60,984 nucleotides of DNA, taken from assembly GCA_036381415.1 (NCBI GenBank), contig DASVCV010000005.1, positions 1-60,984 on the forward strand. The letters run 5' to 3'. The notes under the pieces are model-generated. The model worked only from the letters and a program-made list of their open reading frames with translations, was not told the DNA's origin and did not search any database. The translations under genes were made by a program, and so were the position numbers. This document shows positions 28,922 through 37,372 of the stretch, piece by piece. The DNA is from Patescibacteria group bacterium. GTDB taxonomy: Bacteria; Patescibacteriota; Microgenomatia; UBA8517. The first letter of the stretch is position 1; each line of letters opens with the position of its first letter.

Positions 28922-28927
28922 ATTGTA
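28922..28927 (-). promoter_or_regulatory. -10 box TACAAT (minus strand), 6 nt upstream of ATG 28915
   Basis: Minus strand reads tagTACAATatatacATG. Confidence 0.4.
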
Positions 28928-28960
28928 CTAAATTTATTGCTTCCTAGCTTATTGTTGAGC

Positions 28961-28966
28961 TATAAT
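28961..28966 (+). promoter_or_regulatory. -10 box TATAAT, 6 nt upstream of ATG 28973; TTGCTT 28937-28942 is a possible -35 (18-nt spacer)
   Basis: ttgctt-N18-tataat, then agccac, then ATG. Confidence 0.4.
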
Positions 28967-28972
28967 AGCCAC

Positions 28973-29257
28973 ATGTCTGAGATTGAAGCTAAAGTTGTGT
29001 CTCAAGCTAAAAGAATTACTTCTGAATTTTTCCTAATGCCTAGCGCACAGGTTGTTGGTCTACCATGTAGTGATTGTCGTTACTTGTCTGTAAGTGGTCA
29101 GAAGCGGGTAAATGGAGCTGTTGTCCCAATTCAAAGCTGTAAAAAAAGGGCAGATGCTACACCACAAAGGGTACAGTATGAGGGAGATTGTGGGGAGTTT
29201 CGTTCTAAGAGCCAAGCTTCATATTTTCCTTCTGATCCAGAAGCTTGGATGCCTTAA
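28973..29257 (+). CDS. Hypothetical small protein with 4 Cys
   Basis: ORF only. Start placed at the first ATG (the track starts at TTG 28937). No recognisable family. Confidence 0.3.
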   Translation: MSEIEAKVVSQAKRITSEFFLMPSAQVVGLPCSDCRYLSVSGQKRVNGAVVPIQSCKKRADATPQRVQYEGDCGEFRSKSQASYFPSDPEAWMP

Positions 29258-29264
29258 TTCCGGG

Positions 29265-29273
29265 TGCTAATAT
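29265..29273 (+). promoter_or_regulatory. Extended -10 TGcTAATAT, 6 nt upstream of GTG 29280
   Basis: tgctaatat, then taagtt, then GTG. Confidence 0.35.
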
Positions 29274-29279
29274 TAAGTT

Positions 29280-29996
29280 GTGCCAAGTTATTTGATATTA
29301 TTTTTAATTGCTGGAATATTTGCTGAGTGTGTGGGGACAATTGCAGGATTTGGTGCATCTACCATACTGGTTCCTCTAACTTCTCTTTTTATACCTATAA
29401 AAGAAACAATAGTTTTAGTTGGAGTTTTCCATATGTTTGGAACACTGGCTAGAACTGTTGCTTTTAGAGGAGGGATTAATTGGAGAATTGCGTTGTTGTT
29501 TGGTGTTCCAAGTTTAATTTTTTCGATTATTGGAGCTTATTTTCTTTCTTATATATCAGGAGAAGCTTTGCAAAAAATACTTGGAGTTGCACTTATTGTG
29601 TATGCAATAAATTCCCTACTAAAAAATGGAATTAAGCTTCCTAAAAAAGATTGGGTGTTAGTTTTTGGTGGAACTACTGTTGGATTTTTAGCAGGCCTTA
29701 TTGGAACAGCAGGAGCTTTAAGAGGAGCATTTTTAACAGCACAGAAGTTAAAAAAGGAGGTTTATTTGGGTACAGGAGCAATTGTTGGAGTTGGAGCAGA
29801 TGTAGCAAGAGTTATAGTTTATAAAAATACAGGACTTATTAATTATTCTTCACAGACTATGGTTTTGTTACTTGTTACTGCAGTTTTTGGAACAATTATA
29901 GGAAGTTTTGTTGTTTCTAGATTTAAAGAAGGAGTTTTTATGAAATTTGTAATGGTTGCGCTTCTAATTGCGGGAGTAAGAATTCTTCTACCATAA
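29280..29996 (+). CDS. TauE/SafE family anion exporter-like membrane protein
   Basis: LIAGIFAECVGTIAGFGAST... and two 4-TM halves, typical of TauE/SafE (DUF81). Confidence 0.65.
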   Translation: MPSYLILFLIAGIFAECVGTIAGFGASTILVPLTSLFIPIKETIVLVGVFHMFGTLARTVAFRGGINWRIALLFGVPSLIFSIIGAYFLSYISGEALQKILGVALIVYAINSLLKNGIKLPKKDWVLVFGGTTVGFLAGLIGTAGALRGAFLTAQKLKKEVYLGTGAIVGVGADVARVIVYKNTGLINYSSQTMVLLLVTAVFGTIIGSFVVSRFKEGVFMKFVMVALLIAGVRILLP

Positions 29997-29998
29997 TC

Positions 29999-30007
29999 TG
30001 GTAAAAT
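29999..30007 (+). promoter_or_regulatory. Extended -10 TGGTAAAAT, 7 nt upstream of ATG 30015
   Basis: tggtaaaat, then atcctcc, then ATG. The same 9-mer occurs at 41010 and 59055. Confidence 0.4.
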
Positions 30008-30014
30008 ATCCTCC

Positions 30015-30428
30015 ATGGTTGAGGTTGATAGAACTAGAAATATTTGTAACGAGGTTGGGTGTAAGGCTTGCTGTTGCCATGATATGTGGTATGTGACAAA
30101 GCAGAATGAGAAGGATGTCCTTTCATGGTTTCCAAAAGCTGTAGCTACATATGAAGAAGCAATGACCCATAGAGCTCCAGGAGTTTATTACTGCAAATAT
30201 TTAGATGGGTATTTGATTCATGCTGTAGGTTGGTGCCCTAATTTAGATAGGGTAACAAGAAACTGCACTCGGAGTGAGAGTAACAGACCTCCTGCTTGCA
30301 GCAATTTTAGTATTGCGGATTCTAGCTGCAATGAATCAAGAAAAGAAGATGGATTTTTACCCATCACAGCTGAGGAAGTAATGGAAAAAATTGTCTCAGG
30401 TGTGGATTTAGAGCTCGAGAAGTGGTAA
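30015..30428 (+). CDS. YkgJ-like cysteine-cluster (CxxCxxCC) protein
   Basis: CNEVGCKACCC followed by C..L...........C......R..C...NRPPAC, resembling the UPF0153/YkgJ Zn/Fe-chelating domain. Confidence 0.45.
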   Translation: MVEVDRTRNICNEVGCKACCCHDMWYVTKQNEKDVLSWFPKAVATYEEAMTHRAPGVYYCKYLDGYLIHAVGWCPNLDRVTRNCTRSESNRPPACSNFSIADSSCNESRKEDGFLPITAEEVMEKIVSGVDLELEKW

Positions 30429-30481
30429 AATAAGCTTACTTAAGCCCAAAAGGGTTGTTTTTATACCTACTTAGGTAATAT

Positions 30482-30874
30482 ATGTCCAAGAATATTCAGG
30501 TTGATGACTACATAAACAGATTAGGGGACGAACAGAAAAAACTTGCTCTAAAACTTCGTGCAATAATTTTTAAGACATTTCCAGATATCAAAGAAGAGTT
30601 TAAATGGAGTCTTCCTTACTATATGCCTGTTTGCTACATCGGTGCTTTTAAAGACCATGTAAACCTTGGCATTCTTTTTGGTGGATTGATTAAGGATGCA
30701 AAACTTCAGGAAATGATGGAAGGAACTGGAGCCCTAATGAGACATGTAAAAATCTACAAGATGAGTGATATTGATCAGTCTAAAATTTCAAGAATATTAA
30801 AAGAAGCTTATAAACAATATCTTCAGGGTCAGGTAGATAAAGCTGATGCTAAAAGAATAAAGCTGGCTTCCTAA
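30482..30874 (+). CDS. DUF1801 (YdhG-like) domain protein
   Basis: DDYINRLGDEQKKLALKLRAIIFKTFPDIKEEFKWSLPYY, the typical DUF1801 N-terminus. Confidence 0.55.
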   Translation: MSKNIQVDDYINRLGDEQKKLALKLRAIIFKTFPDIKEEFKWSLPYYMPVCYIGAFKDHVNLGILFGGLIKDAKLQEMMEGTGALMRHVKIYKMSDIDQSKISRILKEAYKQYLQGQVDKADAKRIKLAS

Positions 30875-30939
30875 AAAACTTCAACAACTTGCAAATGTTT
30901 TGTATACTAAATTAATTGTAGAGTACAATTAGAATTGGT

Positions 30940-31371
30940 ATGAAGATTAAAAGCAGCGCTTTTGAGAATAATGAGAAAATTCCTCCTAAGTATACTTGTG
31001 ACGGAGAAAAAATAAGTCCTCCTTTAGCATTTTTAGATGTTCCAGTTGAAGCAAAGTCATTAGTTTTAATAGTGGAAGATCCTGATAGTACGAATGGAAC
31101 TTTTACTCATTGGATTACCTGGAATATACCATCTGATAGTTTAGGAATAGGTGAAGGCGGAATGGCAGGAATTGAAGGAATAAATTCGGAAGGAATTGGA
31201 GGATATACTCCTCCTTGCCCCATATGTGGGCAGCACAGATATTTTTTTAGATTGTATGCTGTTGACACCACTTTTGATTTAACAACTACTGTAAAAAGGA
31301 GTGACTTGGATGAAAAAATGAAGGGACATATAGTTAGTGAAGCAAGACTTATTGGAAGATATGGACGTTAA
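30940..31371 (+). CDS. YbhB/YbcL family PEBP (Raf-kinase-inhibitor-like) protein
   Basis: KYTCDGEKISPPL, VEDPD, THWITWNIP, PPCP..HRYFFRLYA. Confidence 0.8.
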   Translation: MKIKSSAFENNEKIPPKYTCDGEKISPPLAFLDVPVEAKSLVLIVEDPDSTNGTFTHWITWNIPSDSLGIGEGGMAGIEGINSEGIGGYTPPCPICGQHRYFFRLYAVDTTFDLTTTVKRSDLDEKMKGHIVSEARLIGRYGR

Positions 31372-31835
31372 TTTAGTCTCCAAAGAGAATAGTTAAGAAG
31401 AGTAGCAAATGAGACCCAGGCAAGATATGGAAGAAGGATAATGGCAGCTTTTTTGTCTATTTTTGCAAAAGAAATAATTATATAAAGGATCATTATCCAA
31501 AGAACAACTATTACTGCCAATGCTCTTGTTATATCTTTAAGTCCAAAAAAGACAATTGACCAAAGAGTGTTTAGTAAAAGATGAAGTAAAAATATTGCAA
31601 CAGCCTTTTTGTTATTCTTTACTTTTAAGATTATTAGATAAAGGGATGCTCCCATTAGTGCATAAAGAGTTGTCCATACAGGCCCAAAGATCCAATTGGG
31701 CGGACTAAAATCGGGTTTGACTAGTGTTTTGTACCAAGTAGGAATTGAGGAGAAGGTAAAGAGAGATCCTAGAATTCCAGCTGCCTCACACAAGAGGATA
31801 CATGCTATTAAAAGTTTTGGATTTTTAATATTCAT
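31368..31835 (-). CDS. tspO: TspO/MBR tryptophan-rich sensory protein
   Basis: Five TM helices with PPNWIFGPVWTTLYALMG and W-rich motifs. The stop overlaps the PEBP gene stop (TTAA). Confidence 0.8.
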   Translation of the reverse strand: MNIKNPKLLIACILLCEAAGILGSLFTFSSIPTWYKTLVKPDFSPPNWIFGPVWTTLYALMGASLYLIILKVKNNKKAVAIFLLHLLLNTLWSIVFFGLKDITRALAVIVVLWIMILYIIISFAKIDKKAAIILLPYLAWVSFATLLNYSLWRLN

Positions 31836-31917
31836 TAGTTAAATATTGCACATATTCCACATTTGTTGCAATTACAAAAATAGTGGATTAATAATTAATT
31901 GGAAGGGGGTGATTAAA

Positions 31918-32184
31918 TTGAAAAAAGTTAGTGCTCACACAACCGGTCTTATTTTTGGAATGCTATTTGGACTTTGGCATGCTGTTTGGGCAATTTTAGT
32001 TATGGCGGGATTAGCTGCTCCAGTGCTTGATTGGATTTATGGACTGCACTTTTTGTCTAATCCATTTAAGGTTATGGCTTTTGATCTAACAACTGCAGTT
32101 ATGCTTGTAGTATTTACATCAGTTGTTGGCTACATTGTCGGTTGGGTATCAGCAATAATTTGGAATACTCTTACTAAGAAGTAA
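31918..32184 (+). CDS. Small hypothetical membrane protein (about 88 aa)
   Basis: Strong SD GGAAGGGGGTGA 31901-31912 lies 5 nt before TTG 31918. Three hydrophobic helices. Confidence 0.45.
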   Translation: MKKVSAHTTGLIFGMLFGLWHAVWAILVMAGLAAPVLDWIYGLHFLSNPFKVMAFDLTTAVMLVVFTSVVGYIVGWVSAIIWNTLTKK

Positions 32185-32226
32185 TGAGAGTTGATAAACT
32201 TTAGGCGTTAGGTGGAGTATTTGTTG

Positions 32227-32232
32227 TATAAT
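32227..32232 (+). promoter_or_regulatory. -10 box TATAAT, 7 nt upstream of ATG 32240
   Basis: tataat, then ttgtcac, then ATG. Confidence 0.4.
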
Positions 32233-32239
32233 TTGTCAC

Positions 32240-33061
32240 ATGGTACGCGATAAATTTTCAGCCACCTGGTTGTCTCATTCTTCAATTAATGATTATTTAA
32301 AGTGCCCTAGACTTTACTATTTAAGACATATTTATAAAGATCCAAAAACTGGAAGAAAAATAACTAGAATACAGCCTCCTTTAGCTTTGGGCCAGGCAGT
32401 TCATACTTCTATTGAAGCTTTAGCTAAACTTCCAGTAGAAGAAAGAAAAATTAATGAGCTTCTTAACATTTACGAAAAGAATTGGGAAAAAATTTCAGGT
32501 AAAAAAGGTGGATTTAAAGATAGCCTTCAGGAGGAAGAATACAAAGAAAGAGGAAGAAGAATGATTAAAAGAGTAATTAGCAACCCGGGTCCGGTGTTAA
32601 GAAAAGCTATTAGAATTAGACAAGATCTTCCTTATTATTGGCTTTCTGAAGAAGACAATATTATTCTTTGCGGCAAAATTGACTGGCTAGAATATGATAC
32701 TGACTCTGACTCAGTTTATATTATTGATTTTAAAACTGGGAAAAACGATGAAGACCCAGATTCAATGCAGCTCCCTATCTACTATTTAATTACAGCAAAC
32801 ACTCAGACAAAGCCAGTTAAGAAAATATTTTACTGGTATTTGGATAGAGATGATAATCCGGTTGAAATGCCTTTGCCTGATTTTAAAGAGGCAGAAAAAA
32901 GAATACTTGATGTTGCAAAGAAAGTAGCACTAGCAAGGAAGATTAACCATCTAGATTGTAAGACAGGAAGGTGTCCACATTGTCAGGATTTAGAAGATAT
33001 TGTTGCGGGAAGAGGTGAATTTGTGGGTGAGAGTGACTGGCAGGATGTTTATATAATTTAA
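32240..33061 (+). CDS. PD-(D/E)XK nuclease, Cas4/AddB-nuclease-like with 4-Cys cluster
   Basis: GKIDW (D), IIDFKTGK (D/E-x-K), QLPIYY (QxxxY). One N-terminal Cys (YLKCPRLYY) plus C-terminal CKTGRCPHC, the arrangement of the Cas4-type Fe-S cluster. Confidence 0.6.
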   Translation: MVRDKFSATWLSHSSINDYLKCPRLYYLRHIYKDPKTGRKITRIQPPLALGQAVHTSIEALAKLPVEERKINELLNIYEKNWEKISGKKGGFKDSLQEEEYKERGRRMIKRVISNPGPVLRKAIRIRQDLPYYWLSEEDNIILCGKIDWLEYDTDSDSVYIIDFKTGKNDEDPDSMQLPIYYLITANTQTKPVKKIFYWYLDRDDNPVEMPLPDFKEAEKRILDVAKKVALARKINHLDCKTGRCPHCQDLEDIVAGRGEFVGESDWQDVYII

Positions 33062-33072
33062 CTTCTAATTTT

Positions 33073-34170
33073 TTACTTGGTGGTTGCAACTTCTTTTTTA
33101 TATCTTTGAACAACAAGAAGCATTGCAAATTCAATTAATGTATCTCCTAAAGCTTTAAACTGGTCGAAGTAAAAAACTAATAAGTTAATTATAGTAAGGG
33201 ATGCAAGGAGTCCTACTGTTGAAAAAAATATTGCCTTCTTGGAATTTTTAACTAAAAGAAAACGAATGGATGCGACATAAATTACTCCAATTACCCCTTC
33301 TGTTGCTACTTTTAACAAATACCAGGGAAATATTCTTGGGGAGGAAATTTCTTTGAAAGACATTAAAACATTTATGACATCTCCTATATTTTTTGTTTCA
33401 AGAGCTACTCTAATAAGAAGAGGGAGCTCGCCTGTGAAGGCATTAACAGCAAGAAGGGCAAGGCCAGCGATAAACACAAGTTCAAGTCCTTTTTTAGTAA
33501 CTACCTTTTGTTCAAGGAATTTTAACTTTCTAACATACTTGGCTGGGATTATTAATTTGGCTGGTTTTTCTACTACTGTGTCCTTTTCTATAAAAAGAAG
33601 AAGTGAGTTTGCTAGGTGTTTGTAGTGAAAATTTTCGGATTCTTTTGAAATTTTGGTTAGGCTTCTAACTAAGTCTCTTTTTTCATCTGGAGCAAGCTCC
33701 AGGTCAAGAGCATCTTGAAACAAATCCATACTTTTGAAGAGCTCTTTTCTTTCATCAAATTTTTTGTTTTCCTTTTTTAAGGAATAGTAAAGAAGAACAA
33801 GTAGAACAAAGAAAGCATAGATTATTGGAGCTGCTGGTGGATAGAAATAATTGTTGGTGGATGTAATAAATTTTCCAACTTCATCAATAAATAAACCCAC
33901 TCCTATTCCTGAAGCTAATGCTGAAATCTTGAAAGACCACTTATTTGAAAAAATTATGGGAACTAAGGTAGCTACAAAAAGAAGAAGACCGCCCCAGAGA
34001 ACATGTGCAAAATGAATTGAACCACGTCCTAGCTGTGGATAACCTGCAGTTGCAAGATATAGTCTAGTTACAATCACAGAAAGAGCAAAGGAAGTAAGCA
34101 TGATTCTAAGATAATTTTCAAAACCATACCTTTTAACAGGAGCCATTCTTCTTTGGATGTAGGTTATCAT
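33073..34170 (-). CDS. Hypothetical polytopic membrane protein
   Basis: Long ORF with TM clusters at both ends and a charged central segment. No family recognised. Confidence 0.45.
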   Translation of the reverse strand: MITYIQRRMAPVKRYGFENYLRIMLTSFALSVIVTRLYLATAGYPQLGRGSIHFAHVLWGGLLLFVATLVPIIFSNKWSFKISALASGIGVGLFIDEVGKFITSTNNYFYPPAAPIIYAFFVLLVLLYYSLKKENKKFDERKELFKSMDLFQDALDLELAPDEKRDLVRSLTKISKESENFHYKHLANSLLLFIEKDTVVEKPAKLIIPAKYVRKLKFLEQKVVTKKGLELVFIAGLALLAVNAFTGELPLLIRVALETKNIGDVINVLMSFKEISSPRIFPWYLLKVATEGVIGVIYVASIRFLLVKNSKKAIFFSTVGLLASLTIINLLVFYFDQFKALGDTLIEFAMLLVVQRYKKEVATTK

Positions 34171-34176
34171 TAACTT

Positions 34177-34182
34177 ATCATA
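34177..34182 (-). promoter_or_regulatory. -10-like TATGAT (minus strand), 6 nt upstream of ATG 34170
   Basis: Minus strand reads gaTATGATaagttaATG. Confidence 0.35.
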
Positions 34183-34203
34183 TCTCTTTTTGAAGAATTT
34201 AGG

Positions 34204-34209
34204 TATAAT
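34204..34209 (+). promoter_or_regulatory. -10 box TATAAT, 6 nt upstream of glyQS ATG 34216
   Basis: aggtataat, then aagctc, then ATG. Confidence 0.45.
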
Positions 34210-34215
34210 AAGCTC

Positions 34216-35526
34216 ATGAGTGAAGTAACTCTGGAAAAACTTGTTGCACTTTGTAAAAGACGCGGTTTTATTTTTCAGGGATCTGAGATTTATGGTGGAT
34301 TGGGGGGAACTTGGGATTATGGGCCAACAGGATCTCTTTTAAAGAAGAATTTAAAAGATTTATGGTGGTATGATATGGTGCAGATGAGGGATGATGTTGT
34401 TGGAGTAGATGCTGCAATTTTAATGAATCCTACTACTTGGGAGGCTTCAGGGCACACTCAATCATTTGCTGATCCTTTAGTTGAATGTAAAATTTGCCAT
34501 GAAAGATTTAGAGCGGATAAACCAAAAGAAATTGAAGCTCATGAGAAAAGCCACAAAGGCAAGAAGGTCGAGTGGACCCAGCCACAGCAATTTAACATTT
34601 TAGTTAAAACCTATTTAGGTGTGATTGAAGACAAGAAAAAACCGGTTTATCTTCGAGGAGAAATAACTGCAGGGGTGCATGTCAATTTCAAGAATGTAGT
34701 TGACTCAACCCGTGTAAAGATTCCTTTTGGTATAGCTCAAGTTGGAAAAGCATTTAGAAATGAAATAACTCCAGGGAATTTTATATTTAGATCCAGGGAG
34801 TTTGAACAGATGGAAGTACAGTTTTATATTGAACCTCATGAAGAAGAAGGTAAGAAATGGTTTGAGTACTGGAAGAATGAAAGAATGAATTGGTACTTAA
34901 AACTTGGGATGAAGAAAGAAAACTTAAGATTTAGAGACCATGAGTTAAATGAAAGAGCTCACTATGCAAAAGCAGCTACTGATATTGAATATAAAGCTCC
35001 TTGGGGGTGGGATGAGTTTATGGGAATACACCATAGAGGAGATTGGGATTTAAAAAGACACAGTCAATACAGCGGGAAAGATTTAAGCTACAAAAATCCA
35101 GTAACTGGGGAGAGCTTTATTCCTTGGGATATAGAAACTTCTGCTGGAGTTGATAGGTCACTTCTATTCTTACTTCTTGATGCATATTATGAAGATGGCA
35201 AGAGAGTTGTATTAAAACTACATCCCAAACTTGCTCCTTATAAAGTAGCAGTTTTCCCACTTTTAGCTAATAAAGAAGAATTAGTTGGTAAAGCAAGAAA
35301 AATCTATGAAGATTTAAAGGCACATTACTTTGCAACTTGGGATGATAGAGGAAATATAGGGAAAAGATATTTTGCACAGGATGAAATTGGAACTCCATAC
35401 TGTGTAACAGTAGACTTTCAAAGTCTGGAAGATGATACAGTTACTATTCGTGATAGAGATACTGCAAAGCAGGAAAGAATAAAGGTAGCTGAACTATTGC
35501 AGTTTTTGAAAAAGAAGATAGAATAA
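34216..35526 (+). CDS. glyQS: Glycine--tRNA ligase (dimeric class II GlyQS type)
   Basis: LCKRRGFIFQGSEIYGG..GTWDYGP.G, FRNEITPGNFIFRSREFEQME, C-terminal anticodon-binding domain. Confidence 0.92.
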   Translation: MSEVTLEKLVALCKRRGFIFQGSEIYGGLGGTWDYGPTGSLLKKNLKDLWWYDMVQMRDDVVGVDAAILMNPTTWEASGHTQSFADPLVECKICHERFRADKPKEIEAHEKSHKGKKVEWTQPQQFNILVKTYLGVIEDKKKPVYLRGEITAGVHVNFKNVVDSTRVKIPFGIAQVGKAFRNEITPGNFIFRSREFEQMEVQFYIEPHEEEGKKWFEYWKNERMNWYLKLGMKKENLRFRDHELNERAHYAKAATDIEYKAPWGWDEFMGIHHRGDWDLKRHSQYSGKDLSYKNPVTGESFIPWDIETSAGVDRSLLFLLLDAYYEDGKRVVLKLHPKLAPYKVAVFPLLANKEELVGKARKIYEDLKAHYFATWDDRGNIGKRYFAQDEIGTPYCVTVDFQSLEDDTVTIRDRDTAKQERIKVAELLQFLKKKIE

Positions 35527-35532
35527 TTTCAA

Positions 35533-35835
35533 ATGGCGGAGAGAATCTTCCTAGTTGAGCAGCCCCGTGAGTATGAGTGGAGTAATTATATTATTGCTCA
35601 TGAATTTGAAGCACCAGATGGGGTAGGTGGAGCTTGGTTATCTACTGGAAGGGGATCTCATGGTTTAGTAGATTCTGTTCCAGGTGAGATAGCAGCTGCA
35701 ATTGAGCCTGATGACAACTTAGTTTTTGCTTTTGCGCCTGGTGTTTCCCACAGAAATCAAGCCACATTTAGAGAGGGCTTTGTAAAGGCTGTCAAAGATG
35801 CGAAAAGTGAGAAAGGAGCTAATTCTAATGCTTGA
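35533..35835 (+). CDS. Hypothetical small acidic protein
   Basis: ORF only. Weak resemblance to the next ORF. Confidence 0.35.
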   Translation: MAERIFLVEQPREYEWSNYIIAHEFEAPDGVGGAWLSTGRGSHGLVDSVPGEIAAAIEPDDNLVFAFAPGVSHRNQATFREGFVKAVKDAKSEKGANSNA

Positions 35836-36130
35836 GAGAGCTTTTGAGATAACTAATCTTATTAATTACGATGATTTAACGAGTAGAGGAGTAGATGCAG
35901 CTGATTGTGATTTGCCTAGTGGAATAGATGGAGAATGGGAACAAAATGGAGACGGTTGGGCGGGAGAGGCTGAAGATATAGGAAGAATGGTTGGGTGGGT
36001 ACTTAAAGATGGAGAAACATGTGTTTTTAAATTTGTAAATAAGTTTGATGAGAAAACTAAAGAAAAGTTTTATAAAGGATTATTGGATGTGCTAAGGAAG
36101 AAAGAAACCTTGACTCCCGCTAATTTTTGA
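35828..36130 (+). CDS. Hypothetical small acidic protein
   Basis: Start set to ATG 35828, giving an 8-nt overlap with the upstream gene. Confidence 0.35.
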   Translation: MLERAFEITNLINYDDLTSRGVDAADCDLPSGIDGEWEQNGDGWAGEAEDIGRMVGWVLKDGETCVFKFVNKFDEKTKEKFYKGLLDVLRKKETLTPANF

Positions 36131-36144
36131 GTCATCATTTATAT

Positions 36145-36795
36145 ATGAAGAAATATTTACCTATTATTCTTTTAATAGTAGGGATACTTGTTTTAGTAGG
36201 AGTTGTAGTTTTGGTTAAGAAAGCAACTCAAGGACCAACTACAGAAAATACCCCAGTTGAAGAAGAAACAGCTCCTGAACTTGCAAAGGAACTAAGGCCA
36301 TTTACGTCTTTAATTCCAAAAAGTGATGGGCATTGGCTAAAGCTTCGAGTGGAAGATATGAAAGTTCCAAATGCAGTGAGCCTTGATTATGAGCTGCTTT
36401 ATAAAACAGGAGATGGAAGAACACAAGGAGTGCCTGGAACTGTTGCTATTAAAGGAGTTGGACTAATTGAACGTGATTTACTTTTGGGATCTGAATCATC
36501 TGGAAAGTTTAGATATGATCAGGGAGTAGAAAAAGGAACACTTACTTTGAGATTTAGAAATGACAAAGGAAAGCTTGTTGCCAAACTCGTTACTGATTGG
36601 CATTTACAATCAGATGGTCCAGAACTTACTTCAGTAGATGGGAAATTTACTTATACTTTGAATAAAACTGCAACTGGAGTCTGGTTTGTAACAATGATGC
36701 CATTTGGAACTAAACAGGGAGCTTCAAATGTGGTTGTAGCAAGTGGAGACTATGCAATCTTTTCTTCAGATGGTTTAGCTCACTCAGGAAAATAA
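36145..36795 (+). CDS. Hypothetical membrane-anchored extracytoplasmic protein
   Basis: ATG 36145 (MKKYLPIILLIVGILVLVGVVVLV signal anchor) followed by a beta-rich domain. Confidence 0.4.
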   Translation: MKKYLPIILLIVGILVLVGVVVLVKKATQGPTTENTPVEEETAPELAKELRPFTSLIPKSDGHWLKLRVEDMKVPNAVSLDYELLYKTGDGRTQGVPGTVAIKGVGLIERDLLLGSESSGKFRYDQGVEKGTLTLRFRNDKGKLVAKLVTDWHLQSDGPELTSVDGKFTYTLNKTATGVWFVTMMPFGTKQGASNVVVASGDYAIFSSDGLAHSGK

Positions 36796-36857
36796 CTTCT
36801 TTGTTTTTTCCAATTTTCTTTTGATTCTTACTTAATCTTTTTCGGGTGAATTTTCAC

Positions 36858-36886
36858 TTGACAACAGCGTGAAAATATATCATTAT
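36858..36886 (+). promoter_or_regulatory. Candidate dcw promoter: TTGACA (36858-36863), 17 nt spacer, CATTAT (36881-36886)
   Basis: Perfect -35 and a moderate -10. The spacer contains CGTGAAAA (36868-36875). GTGAA-tt-TTCAC palindrome at 36847-36858. Confidence 0.45.
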
Positions 36887-36908
36887 GGTGGAAAGTGGTA
36901 TAAAGTGG
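36887..36908 (+). promoter_or_regulatory. Direct repeats GGTGG-AAAGTGG-tat-AAAGTGG (MraZ-box-like operator)
   Basis: AAAGTGG at 36892-36898 and 36902-36908 (10-bp period), with a degenerate GTGG at 36888-36891. They lie between the putative -10 and the mraZ ATG. Confidence 0.5.
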
Positions 36909-36928
36909 TGACTGCCTAAACAAACAAT

Positions 36929-37372
36929 ATGTTAATAGGATCATATTTAGGCAGTATAGGAGAAAGGCGAAGAGTAGCAGTACCTAAGAAATTTCTAAGT
37001 GAATTAGGAGAAAGGGTAATAATTGCGAAGTGGTATGAGGATTGTCTTATTTTAGTTAGTGAGAACTTTTGGGAAGAGCTTTTAACAAGACTTACAGGTG
37101 GAAATAGAGTAATTAGCTTCGGGGTAAGAGATATAGAAAGATTTATTTTGGGAAGTGCATATGAGACTGAGCCTGACAGTCAGGGAAGAATAATAATACC
37201 TGAGATTTTGGGGAAGTACGCTTACTTAGGAAAGGAGGTTATGTTTGCAGGACTTGGAGATAGAGTTGAGATTTGGGCAAGAGAAAAGTGGGAAGAGAAT
37301 GCAAAAAGCTTAGAAGGAACAACAAAGGAATATATTGAAGTGTTAGCAAAGGATAAGGGAAATGGAAAATAA
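36929..37372 (+). CDS. mraZ: Transcriptional regulator MraZ
   Basis: Two SpoVT/AbrB-like halves, with RRVAVPKKF and GRIIIPEIL motifs. First gene of the dcw cluster. Confidence 0.9.
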   Translation: MLIGSYLGSIGERRRVAVPKKFLSELGERVIIAKWYEDCLILVSENFWEELLTRLTGGNRVISFGVRDIERFILGSAYETEPDSQGRIIIPEILGKYAYLGKEVMFAGLGDRVEIWAREKWEENAKSLEGTTKEYIEVLAKDKGNGK

